Part shown: positions 1-8,013 of the stretch, one piece after another
Layout: the number at the start of each line of letters is the position of its first letter
Position numbering within the stretch: the stretch's first letter is position 1
Source of the DNA: an uncultured Clostridia bacterium
GTDB lineage: Bacteria; Bacillota; Clostridia; Oscillospirales; CAG-272
Direction of reading: 5' to 3'
Assembly (NCBI GenBank): GCA_947631245.1
Contig: CANRKP010000001.1
Location: 44,028-108,027, forward strand
Length of the DNA stretch: 64,000 nt
Made by a program: the position numbers and the translations under genes
The notes under the pieces: generated by a model
What the model was told of the DNA's origin: nothing
Seen by the model: only the letters and a program-made list of their open reading frames with translations
Databases searched by the model: none

Positions 1-1988
1 TCGACGCCCACATCCCGGCGAAGGTGAAGAAGTACATCGCCGAGAACAACATCAACTTCTACATCATCAACGGCACGGGCATCGCCGCCGAGCGCATCGG
101 CAACGCGAAGGTCAAAAACACCGTGCTCCAGTCCGCGTTCTTCTCGCTCGCCAACATCCTTCCGAAGGCGGACGCCATCGAATACATGAAGAAGATGGCG
201 TACAAGTCCTACATCAAGAAGGGTCAGGCGATGGTCGACCTCAACTACGCCGCGATCGATGCGGGCGGAGACGCCTATGTCAAGGTCGACGTTCCCGAAT
301 CCTGGAAGAACCCGACGCCCGACGCGAAGGCTCCCGAATTCAAGTCCGACCGTCCCGAGCTCGACGAGTTCGTCAACTCGATAGTTGAGTCCGTCGACGC
401 TATGCGCGGCGACTCGCTGCCCGTCTCCGCATTCGAGAAGTATGTGGACGGCACGTTCCCGCAGGGCGCCGCCGCCTCCGAGAAGCGCGGCGTCGCCGTC
501 AACGTCCCCGTTTGGGACGCCTCGAAGTGCATCCAGTGCAACTTCTGCTCGTTCGTCTGCCCGCACGCAACGATCCGCCCGTTCGCTATGACCGAGACCG
601 AAGCTGCCGCGGCTCCCGCAGACACGAAGTTCACCGAGAAGCCCGTCGTCAAGACGAACTACAAGTTCACGGTCGCCGTCAGCCCGCTCGACTGCATGGG
701 CTGCGCGCTCTGCGTCAAGGTCTGCAAGGTCGGCGCGCTCGAAATGGTCCCGCGCGACACGCAGCTCTCTCAGCAGCCCGTGTTCGACTACGCTGTGGCA
801 AACGTCTCCGAGAAAAAGGAGCTCATCAACAACACCGTCAAGGGCAGCCAGTTCAAGCAGCCGCTGCTTGAGTTCTCCGGCTCCTGTGCAGGATGCGCCG
901 AGACGTCATACGCACGCCTCATCACACAGCTCTTCGGCGAGAGAATGTATATCTCGAACGCGACCGGATGCTCCTCCATTTGGGGCGGCTCCGCTCCCGC
1001 GACGCCTTACACCGTCAACCGTGAGACGGGCAGAGGTCCGGCTTGGGCGAACTCCCTCTTTGAGGACAACGCCGAGCACGGCTACGGCATGTACCTCGCT
1101 CAGAAGTACCGCCGCGAAGTCCTCGCCGACAAGGTGAAGGAGCTCGTCTCCCTTGAGAAGTGCCCCGACAGCCTGAAGGCTGCCGCCGAGGCATGGCTCG
1201 AGTCCAAGGACGACAGCGCGAAGACCGACGAGGTCTCCTCGGCACTGCTTTCCGAAGCAAAGAAGATCGACTGCGACTGCGAGGTCGGAAAGATCGCGAA
1301 GTACATAGTCGAGAACGGCGACATGCTCGGAAAGAAGTCTGTTTGGATATTCGGCGGCGACGGCTGGGCATACGACATCGGCTTCGGCGGACTTGACCAC
1401 GTCCTCGCTTCCGGCGAAAACGTCAACGTCATGGTCTTCGACACCGAGGTCTACTCCAACACGGGTGGACAGGCGTCCAAGGCTTCGCAGATGGGTCAGG
1501 TCGCTCAGTTCGCGGCCGCCGGCAAGGCGATAGGCAAGAAAAACCTCGCCGAGATCGCAATGTCCTACGGCTACGTCTACGTCGCACAGATCGCTATGGG
1601 CGCGGACATGAACCAGACGATAAAGGCTCTCACCGAGGCCGAGGCATACGAGGGACCGTCTCTCGTCATCGGCTACGCTCCGTGCGAGATGCACGGCGTC
1701 AAGGGCGGCATGACGAACTGCCAGCTCGAAATGAAGCGCGCGGTCGACGCCGGCTACTGGCAGATGTTCCGCTACAATCCGGCAAAGAAGGCGGCGGGCG
1801 AGAACCCGTTCTCCATCGACTGCAAGGAGCCGACGGCGGACTACATCGACTTCATCAAGAGCGAGACGCGCTACAGCCGTTTGGCTCAGAGCTTCCCCGA
1901 AAGAGCCGAAAAGCTCTTCGGCGAGGCAAAGACCAAGGCCGCGGAGAAGTACGAGCATCTCAAGAAGCTCGTCGAGCTCTATAAGTAA
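1..1988 (+). CDS. nifJ: pyruvate:ferredoxin/flavodoxin oxidoreductase (single-chain PFOR), C-terminal ~660 aa; 5' end outside window
   Basis: The frame is open from base 3 (DAHIPAKVKKY precedes the listed Met at 24). It has two ferredoxin-type 4Fe-4S motifs (CIQCNFCSFVCP, CMGCALCVKVCK) and a TPP-binding GGDGWAYDIGFGGLDH...NTGGQ segment. A hairpin terminator follows. Confidence 0.95.
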   Translation, partial: DAHIPAKVKKYIAENNINFYIINGTGIAAERIGNAKVKNTVLQSAFFSLANILPKADAIEYMKKMAYKSYIKKGQAMVDLNYAAIDAGGDAYVKVDVPESWKNPTPDAKAPEFKSDRPELDEFVNSIVESVDAMRGDSLPVSAFEKYVDGTFPQGAAASEKRGVAVNVPVWDASKCIQCNFCSFVCPHATIRPFAMTETEAAAAPADTKFTEKPVVKTNYKFTVAVSPLDCMGCALCVKVCKVGALEMVPRDTQLSQQPVFDYAVANVSEKKELINNTVKGSQFKQPLLEFSGSCAGCAETSYARLITQLFGERMYISNATGCSSIWGGSAPATPYTVNRETGRGPAWANSLFEDNAEHGYGMYLAQKYRREVLADKVKELVSLEKCPDSLKAAAEAWLESKDDSAKTDEVSSALLSEAKKIDCDCEVGKIAKYIVENGDMLGKKSVWIFGGDGWAYDIGFGGLDHVLASGENVNVMVFDTEVYSNTGGQASKASQMGQVAQFAAAGKAIGKKNLAEIAMSYGYVYVAQIAMGADMNQTIKALTEAEAYEGPSLVIGYAPCEMHGVKGGMTNCQLEMKRAVDAGYWQMFRYNPAKKAAGENPFSIDCKEPTADYIDFIKSETRYSRLAQSFPERAEKLFGEAKTKAAEKYEHLKKLVELYK

Positions 1989-2011
1989 TAGGCTGTTAGG
2001 AATAATGACCC

Positions 2012-2057
2012 GGGGGGAGGAACTTTGAAAAGTTCCTCCCCCCGTTCCCCTTTCTTT
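2012..2057 (+). terminator. rho-independent terminator of PFOR gene
   Basis: A 13-bp perfect stem (GGGGGGAGGAACT / AGTTCCTCCCCCC; 2012-2024 and 2031-2043) is followed by a T-rich tract. Confidence 0.75.
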
Positions 2058-2083
2058 AAACTTTAATTGAAGGGGGCATTTTT
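2012..2083. repeat. intergenic hairpin element, copy 1
   Basis: The hairpin plus ~40 nt of flank aligns by eye with 38122-38200 (GGGGAGGAA..CTTT..AAAGTT..CCTCCCC GT.CCCCTT..TT.AAACTTT.A.T.AA..AGGG.GGC.TTTTT). Confidence 0.5.
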
Positions 2084-2323
2084 CTATACCTTCACTGTGA
2101 GCTCAGTGCCGTCTTCTGTGCTGACGTGAATGAGCTCGAGGCCGCGATAGCGGCGCCAGTACGTTTTGCGCGCCGCCGCCGACAGCGCGAGCATCATCGC
2201 CCTCGCGTCCTCGCTCAAATCTTCCCCTCCGAATCGGACGGCGGCGCGCAGTCCTAACGTCACAAAACAGTTCGGAAAAATGAGCAGAAGCCGCACACCC
2301 TCCGTCCGCATTCTGACCTTCAT
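2084..2323 (-). CDS. small hypothetical protein (79 aa), resembles the C-terminal domain of the upstream XRE regulator
   Basis: Its ATG overlaps the regulator stop (ATGA at 2320-2323). KVRMRTEGVRLLLIFP...GLELIHVSTEDGTELTVKV parallels LKIRVISDEAKVSINLP...GKLVEVEVSEDNTKVEIWVE of the regulator. Confidence 0.5.
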   Translation of the reverse strand: MKVRMRTEGVRLLLIFPNCFVTLGLRAAVRFGGEDLSEDARAMMLALSAAARKTYWRRYRGLELIHVSTEDGTELTVKV

Positions 2324-2823
2324 TCGACCCAGATCTCCACTTTTGTATTGTCCTCGCTCACTTCCACCTCAACGAGCTTTCCCATGACGCCGACGTTTGC
2401 GAGCGCGATCACACGGTCGAGGTCTATGCTTTCGAGCGCGCTTTTTACGCCTTTAAGCGAGTCGCTTCCGCTGAGGTCTACGGCTCCGCTCGTCAGAGCC
2501 AGCTTTGCTATCTCAAGCGGCAGATTTATGCTCACCTTTGCCTCGTCTGAAATCACGCGTATTTTAAGTATCGCGCGCGACGGGTCGAAGTCGCTTTTCG
2601 AGACCGCGACGGTGTCTGCCTTTTTTACGCCCAAAAGCTCGTCGCAGCTGATGCCGAATACCTCCGACAGCCTCGGCAGAAGCGAAATATCCGGCGAGGT
2701 TATGGCGTTTTCCCATTTTGAGACGGCTTGGGGCGTGACGGAGCATTTTTCCGCCAAATCCTCCTGCGTGAGCCCGCATTTCTTGCGGTAGTATGTGATG
2801 CGTTCGTCGAGTGTGTCGAGCAT
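2320..2823 (-). CDS. XRE-family helix-turn-helix transcriptional regulator with extra C-terminal domain
   Basis: The N-terminal segment ITYYRKKCGLTQEDLAEKCSVTPQAVSKWENAITSPDISLLPRLSEVFGISCDELLG is a classic Cro/C1-type HTH. Confidence 0.85.
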   Translation of the reverse strand: MLDTLDERITYYRKKCGLTQEDLAEKCSVTPQAVSKWENAITSPDISLLPRLSEVFGISCDELLGVKKADTVAVSKSDFDPSRAILKIRVISDEAKVSINLPLEIAKLALTSGAVDLSGSDSLKGVKSALESIDLDRVIALANVGVMGKLVEVEVSEDNTKVEIWVE

Positions 2824-2938
2824 TTTTTATAACTCTCCTTTTTCTTTTTGCGCGGCATTTTTTCTGCCGCGGCTTTTTTTACGCCCTTATTTTAGACCGA
2901 GGCGCGCCGACCCGCCATAAATCGAACGGGGAATTTTA

Positions 2939-2976
2939 TAACTTGTCGGTTGATTTTTTTGTAACCTGTCGGTTGA
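2939..2976. promoter_or_regulatory. direct repeat TAAC[T/C]TGTCGGTTGA x2 (23-bp offset) upstream of the XRE regulator gene; candidate operator overlapping a TTACAA-17-TATAAA promoter on the minus strand
   Basis: Copies at 2939-2953 and 2962-2976 are 14/15 identical. On the minus strand the sequence reads TTACAA-17 nt-TATAAA. Confidence 0.4.
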
Positions 2977-2984
2977 GATGGGGG

Positions 2985-3048
2985 CAAAACAGAATAAAAA
3001 CAGGGGAAATGACGCCGCGCGCGGCTCACTCCCCCGTTTTTTGTTTTT
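2985..3048. terminator. hairpin terminator downstream of pgsA-like gene (T-runs on both strands)
   Basis: A GGGG...CCCC outer stem encloses a GCCGCGCGCGGC palindrome (3003-3035). GTTTTTTGTTTTT follows on the plus strand and CTGTTTTTATTCTGTTTT on the minus strand. Confidence 0.55.
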
Positions 3049-3058
3049 CTCATACTTG

Positions 3059-3658
3059 TTATTCGTCGTATTTCTTATTGAAGAAGAACAGGTACGACAC
3101 GGCGGAGAACACCATCACTCCGGCGCAGACGAAGAGCAGCGACGTTTCGAGCACCGGCGGCATCGGAATGAAGAGTATCAGCGCGAACATCGCGTTCAGC
3201 GCGACGGTGCTCACCTTTCCGTACCACTTTGCGCCCGAGACCTTACCCGTCCTTCTGACGGCGAAAAATCCCGACAGCGCCGTCGCTATCTCCTTCGCCG
3301 CCATGAGACCGAACAGCATCCACGCCGTCCACCCCTCGGACCTCGTGACCGCGATGCAGATGACGAGCGACGCCTGCGTCAGCTTATCCGCGAGCGGGTC
3401 GAGCATCTTCCCGACGTCCGATATCATGTTGAATTTGCGCGCTATTATCCCGTCCGCAATATCTGACGCATACGATAACGCAAGAAGGCACGCGGAGAAA
3501 AAGCGCCTGCCGAGTCCGATATAAAGATAAAGTATCACCGGTATGAGCGCTATCCTCAAAAAGCTGAGAATATTCGGCAGCGTCCAAATATCCTTTTTCT
3601 TCGCCCGCCCCTTTATCACCGGGTATTTTTCCTTTGTCTCGTTTTCCTTATTTTTCAC
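3059..3658 (-). CDS. pgsA: CDP-alcohol phosphatidyltransferase (CDP-diacylglycerol-glycerol-3-phosphate 3-phosphatidyltransferase-like)
   Basis: Contains the CDP-alcohol motif DIADGIIARKFNMISDVGKMLDPLADKL and is a multi-pass membrane protein. The ORF extends to 3778, but that stretch overlaps the recombinase gene. A GTG at 3658 gives a typical ~200 aa protein, so the start is uncertain. Confidence 0.8.
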   Translation of the reverse strand: MKNKENETKEKYPVIKGRAKKKDIWTLPNILSFLRIALIPVILYLYIGLGRRFFSACLLALSYASDIADGIIARKFNMISDVGKMLDPLADKLTQASLVICIAVTRSEGWTAWMLFGLMAAKEIATALSGFFAVRRTGKVSGAKWYGKVSTVALNAMFALILFIPMPPVLETSLLFVCAGVMVFSAVSYLFFFNKKYDE

Positions 3659-4736
3659 CGGTTGTTGCTTCCTTTCTCGCGACCCGCCTTTTCTTCTCGG
3701 CTTTCTCTCCGTTCCCGACGCCGAAATCCGCAAGCGGATTTCTTGCGACGGCCTCCTCCATGCCCTCGTTTGAAACATGGGTGTAAATTTGGGTCGTGTT
3801 GAGCTGTTCGTGACCGAGTATTTCTTTGAGCACCCTTACGTCCACCTGCCCCGACTGATACATCAGCGTCGCCGCCGTATGGCGGAGCTTGTGCGTCGAG
3901 AAGTGCTTATATTCGAGCCCGGCGGCGCCTAAATATTTTCCGACGAGCCACTGTACCGTCTTTATGCTTATCCGCTTTCCCTGAGCCGAGAGGAACAACG
4001 CGTTCTCCCCTTTGTTCTTCACTGGATGCGCCGCGCGCACCGGCAGATAGTCCGTGAGCGCCGCGCGGCACGCGTCGTTAAGATATACGATGCGCTCCTT
4101 GTTCCCCTTGCCTATGACGCGGAGCGAGCGCAGCTCCCTGTCGATATCGGGGAGCGATATGCCAACGAGCTCGGACAAGCGCATGCCGGTATTCAAAAAC
4201 AGCGTGATTATTGCGTAATCGCGGTCGCGGTTCTTCGAGCTCTCGTCCCCCTTGACCGCCTCGAGCAGGTCTATGCTCTCCTCGAGCGTCAGATGCTTCG
4301 GCAGCGTTTTTCGCTTTTTCGGGGACTCTATATTCGCGGCGGGATTTACCTCAAGAATGCCTTTTTTCTGCGTCAGGTATTTGTAAAACGCCTTTATCGC
4401 CGACAGCTTTCTCGCCTTGGCGCACGAGCCGTTGTGCCGCGTGCCGTCCACATACAAAAGAAATTCGTATATGTCCGCCGTCGTGACCGCGGAGATGACG
4501 TCGATGCCGATGCCGCTTATGTCGAGCGTGTCGAAGACCTCGTCCGTTTTCGGCAGACCCTCTCGGTCCGCCTTTATGTAGCGCCAAAACATACGGAGGT
4601 CAACGCAGTATTCCTCGACCGTTTTTGCCGAGCAGCCCTGTATCGATTTTTTATATGACGCGAACTCTCTCACAAGAGCCGGGAGCTCGCGCATTTCCAC
4701 AGGCATACGGTGCCCTCCTTTCCGCACGTTCCGCAC
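3648..4736 (-). CDS. tyrosine recombinase, XerC/XerD family
   Basis: The C-terminal catalytic region HKLRHTAATLMYQSGQVDVRVLKEILGHEQLNTTQIYTHV carries the R..H-R-Y signature. The N-terminal SAM-like domain reads FASYKKSIQGCSAKTVEEYCVDLRMFWRYI. An alternative start is Met11 (4706). Confidence 0.85.
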   Translation of the reverse strand: MRNVRKGGHRMPVEMRELPALVREFASYKKSIQGCSAKTVEEYCVDLRMFWRYIKADREGLPKTDEVFDTLDISGIGIDVISAVTTADIYEFLLYVDGTRHNGSCAKARKLSAIKAFYKYLTQKKGILEVNPAANIESPKKRKTLPKHLTLEESIDLLEAVKGDESSKNRDRDYAIITLFLNTGMRLSELVGISLPDIDRELRSLRVIGKGNKERIVYLNDACRAALTDYLPVRAAHPVKNKGENALFLSAQGKRISIKTVQWLVGKYLGAAGLEYKHFSTHKLRHTAATLMYQSGQVDVRVLKEILGHEQLNTTQIYTHVSNEGMEEAVARNPLADFGVGNGEKAEKKRRVARKEATTGEK

Positions 4737-4887
4737 ATGACATTATGCACATGATACTATATTATACAAAATTTTTTCGCGGTTGTAAACAAGAAAATGA
4801 ATTCTTTGTAAACTTTATGCCCGCGCTATTGCGTTTTCGCGGAAAATTTTATAAAATATTATATGATTGAAGTTATAGGAGGTTTCG

Positions 4888-5502
4888 ATGCGCGATTTTC
4901 TGAAAGCTAACGGAAGGCTGATATGGAGGCTCATACTGAACCAGTTCGGGCTGACGGTATTCGGTCTTATGACAGCGATGGCTGCCGCCGCCGTCGACAA
5001 CGCGATGGCGGGAGAAGGAGAGGTCCGCAGGACGTGCATGATCTGCGTCAGCATTTTCGCGATCCTGTTTTATATGTTCGTTGACTACACCGCGATAAAG
5101 GAAGAGGGACAGCGCGACAAGATACGCGCCGACGCGGGCAGGATAACAGCCGACCCGTGGCGCGGCGTGAAAATAGCGCTCTCTGCCTCCGCCGTCAACT
5201 TCATTCTCGGCGTATGCGTCATTCTTTTCGGCATACTCGGAGCCGAAAACGGTCTCGGGCTTGAATGGGCGGGGGCAGCAAGCGGGACCGCAAAGGTCGT
5301 AGCGCTCGTTATTCAGGCTATGTACTGGGGCGTCCTTCTCGGTCTGCCCGGAGTTACGACGATAGCGGCGATCCCGTCGTTTCTCTATCTTTTAATACCG
5401 CTCCCCGCTTTCATCTGCGCCTCTCTCGCTTATTTGGCGGGTCTGCACGACGTAAGTCTCATACGCCGTATCAAGAGCTTCCTGACGCCTGAAGAAAAGT
5501 AA
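4888..5502 (+). CDS. hypothetical polytopic membrane protein
   Basis: An AGGAGG RBS sits 6 nt upstream of the ATG. The protein has several long hydrophobic segments and the gene is followed by a strong hairpin terminator. No recognisable motif. Confidence 0.6.
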   Translation: MRDFLKANGRLIWRLILNQFGLTVFGLMTAMAAAAVDNAMAGEGEVRRTCMICVSIFAILFYMFVDYTAIKEEGQRDKIRADAGRITADPWRGVKIALSASAVNFILGVCVILFGILGAENGLGLEWAGAASGTAKVVALVIQAMYWGVLLGLPGVTTIAAIPSFLYLLIPLPAFICASLAYLAGLHDVSLIRRIKSFLTPEEK

Positions 5503-5508
5503 CGCCTC

Positions 5509-5548
5509 GGGGCGGGACACAGCCAAAGTGTCCCGCCCCGCTTTTTTA
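5509..5548. terminator. bidirectional terminator between convergent membrane-protein and MATE genes
   Basis: A 12-bp perfect stem (GGGGCGGGACAC / GTGTCCCGCCCC) is followed by GCTTTTTTA. Confidence 0.8.
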
Positions 5549-6937
5549 TTATGTCTTTTCCGCCGCCGCGTCAGTCTCCGACCTTTTTAGCTGCCTGTAA
5601 TACGGCAAAAACACGATGAGAGATACTGCGAGCGCCGCCGCGTCCGCAAGAGGTATCGCCCACACGATGCCGTATATGCCGAACAGGCGCTCAAACAAAA
5701 GCATGAGAGGGATATCCACTATCCCCTTTCGCAGAAACGAAAGGATGAGCGGCTGCACGCGCTTCCCCGTCGCCTGAAATATCGTGATTATCATAAATCC
5801 GGGCGCCGTCGTGATGCACGTCAGCGCGATTATACGCAAAAAGTTCGTGCCGTATTCCACCGTTTTCTCCGACTTTATGAACAGCCTTGCCATAGGCGCG
5901 GCACACGTCAGGAGCCACACGGCCCCCGCAACGGCAACACAGAAGCACATCGTCATCGTCGTTTTTATCGCCTTGTTCATTCTCTTCCTGTTGCCGGACG
6001 TGAAATTGTACCCTATGAGCGGCAGCGAGCCCTGCGTCATGCCCTGCGCTATCGCGAACGCGAGCATATCTATCTTCTTCGCGATCCCGATGCCCGCCGT
6101 CGCCTCGTCCGAATACGAGCCTATGAGGTGGTTCAGCATCATGTTGGAAATTGACGCGAGCGACGAGGAAGCAAAGCTCGGCAGCCCGACGGTCAGCACC
6201 TCAAACGGTATCCTGTCGCCCGTCGTATACGCGCGCGGGTCGAGCGTTGCCGACATGCGCCCGCGGTGCGAGAATATGAAAAATGCGAAGAACACCGCGG
6301 TCGCAAGGTTTGAAAGCATCGTCGCTATCGCGGCACCGGCGACCCCCATGCCGAGCCCGAAAATGAATATTGGGTCGAGTATCATGTTAAGTATGCCGCC
6401 CGCGGCGACGCCGACGCTCGCGACCGAGGAATACCCCTCGGCGCGTATCATATGCGCGAGCGTGTTGTTCATTACCGTCGGCAGCGCGCCGACCGTTATC
6501 GTCCAAAAGACATACTCCTTCGCAAATCCGAACGACTCCTTCGTCGTCGCGCCGAGCACCGGCAGCATAACGGAGCGGAGCGCGCCTATGACGACGCCGT
6601 AGAGCACGGCGGCGACCGCCGCAGTCCAGATGCAGAAGGCGGATGCGCGGCGCGCGCGTTCGCGGTCGCCGTCGCCCAGCGAGCGCGAGATGAGGCTCGC
6701 GCCGCCTATGCCGAACAAGTTCGCTATTGCGTTGAAGAAAATAAACAGCGGCATCGCCACCTGCACGGCGGCGACCTCGGCGGGGTCGCCGAGCTGACCT
6801 ATAAAATATGTGTCCGCCATATTGTATATGACGGTTATGACCTGACCTATAACGGTCGGCAATGCGAGCGCAATCACCGCCCTGCCGACGGGCACAGTCT
6901 CGAAAAGCTCGCTTTTTTCCGTTTTCACTCTGTCCAC
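5549..6937 (-). CDS. MATE family efflux transporter
   Basis: About 12 hydrophobic helices and a typical MATE N-terminus (LALPTVIGQVITVIYNMADTYFIGQLGDP). The ORF runs to 7030, but the basic N-terminal extension looks non-native. GTG codons at 6937 and 6928 are candidate starts, so the start is uncertain. Confidence 0.82.
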   Translation of the reverse strand: MDRVKTEKSELFETVPVGRAVIALALPTVIGQVITVIYNMADTYFIGQLGDPAEVAAVQVAMPLFIFFNAIANLFGIGGASLISRSLGDGDRERARRASAFCIWTAAVAAVLYGVVIGALRSVMLPVLGATTKESFGFAKEYVFWTITVGALPTVMNNTLAHMIRAEGYSSVASVGVAAGGILNMILDPIFIFGLGMGVAGAAIATMLSNLATAVFFAFFIFSHRGRMSATLDPRAYTTGDRIPFEVLTVGLPSFASSSLASISNMMLNHLIGSYSDEATAGIGIAKKIDMLAFAIAQGMTQGSLPLIGYNFTSGNRKRMNKAIKTTMTMCFCVAVAGAVWLLTCAAPMARLFIKSEKTVEYGTNFLRIIALTCITTAPGFMIITIFQATGKRVQPLILSFLRKGIVDIPLMLLFERLFGIYGIVWAIPLADAAALAVSLIVFLPYYRQLKRSETDAAAEKT

Positions 6938-7083
6938 ATCCAACAAAAAATTTCGGGCAAGCGGAGCACCGCACGCCCGAAATATTATTATACACCGTTT
7001 TTCACGCCGTGTCAAATCACCGCGCCGCAACGCCTCTCACAGGAGCTACGCGAGAGATCACGCCGCAAAGCAAAAACCCATAT

Positions 7084-7683
7084 TCACAGAAGTTCCGCCA
7101 GCTTCTCCACCGCGTCCCCGCCGCAGAGCAGCGCCCCGTGCTCGTAGAGATACGCCTCCGTTCCGCGCGGACAGCGCTCGCCTCCGTATTCTCCGCACAC
7201 GATGTCGAGCCTCTTTCCGGCGTCATATGTAAGCAGATAATATCCTCCGCCCCGCCCTGCGTATGCCGACGTCTCGCCGCAGCAGCATCCCGGCGACCGC
7301 AAAAGCCTTCCGCAGACGGCGAGCAGCGCTCCGAAGTCGGGAAAAGCGTATGCCGTCGGCGTCGGCGTCTGTCTTCGCGGCGGCGCCGGTGTTTTGACCT
7401 GTGCTGATGTCATCTGTCTCGGCATTTTTTCCCCTTCACCTCCGGTCGTGTTGTCTGTGAGCGTCACGAACAGCTCGCAGCCGCCCGCCGCGGACTCGTA
7501 TATCTGCACGAACAGCCTGCCCGAGTCAGGGTCGAAGCCGCAGGCGTCGCGCAGAAGCGAGCGCAGCCGCCTTTTTCCGTCGGCAGTCTCGATATCTACC
7601 GGCACGGCGAGATCGTAAGCGAAAAGGTCCTCCCTTGTGCACGTTATCTTCACCTTTTTCCCGCTTATCCGTATCGTCTCCAT
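7084..7683 (-). CDS. MecA-like adaptor protein (short clostridial type)
   Basis: METIRISGKKVKITCTREDLFAYDL... at the N-terminus and ...AYLYEHGALLCGGDAVEKLAELL at the C-terminus resemble the MecA N- and C-terminal patterns. The start was moved to the internal ATG at 7683, because the upstream extension looks spurious. Confidence 0.55.
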   Translation of the reverse strand: METIRISGKKVKITCTREDLFAYDLAVPVDIETADGKRRLRSLLRDACGFDPDSGRLFVQIYESAAGGCELFVTLTDNTTGGEGEKMPRQMTSAQVKTPAPPRRQTPTPTAYAFPDFGALLAVCGRLLRSPGCCCGETSAYAGRGGGYYLLTYDAGKRLDIVCGEYGGERCPRGTEAYLYEHGALLCGGDAVEKLAELL

Positions 7684-7854
7684 CGGTACCCCTCCGCGCT
7701 CTTTACAGCTACTATATATTATAGTCGCATTCCCGCCCAAACGGTACTCAAAATTTGCACCAATCGGGGAAAAATAATGCATCGGCGCCGCAAAAAAGAG
7801 AGTATCAGCCCGCCGGAGCTGAAATTGGCAGAGGGAGACGGGCGGGGGTGACTT

Positions 7855-7891
7855 TGTGATAAAAAGAAGATGCCGCTTTCGCGGCGTCTTC
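7855..7891 (-). terminator. terminator of the envelope operon (after DxHW gene)
   Basis: An 11-bp stem (7866-7876 and 7881-7891) is followed by a T-run on the minus strand (TTCTTTTTATC). Confidence 0.8.
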
Positions 7892-8013
7892 CTTCCTCCC
7901 CCCGCGCCCCCATCTTCAAAAACTTTTATGACTTGATTTTTGGGTCGGTTTATGGAAGAAGAGGGGGTGGAAAATCAGGTTTTTTCGGTTGTGATTATAC
8001 TTTGATACGGATT

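Noticed and set aside
906-1958. 350-aa ORF antisense to the PFOR gene, plus many shorter overlapping ORFs in 275..1984
   Set aside because: The sense frame carries unmistakable PFOR motifs. The antisense product is Arg/Leu/Ala-rich, typical of GC-rich antisense frames, with no start context.
3648-4736. Tyrosine recombinase as a possible marker of an integrated mobile element
   Set aside because: I could see no flanking direct repeats, tRNA target, phage/plasmid/conjugation genes or compositional shift. It is embedded between housekeeping genes (pgsA-like, membrane protein), so it is more likely a chromosomal Xer-type recombinase.
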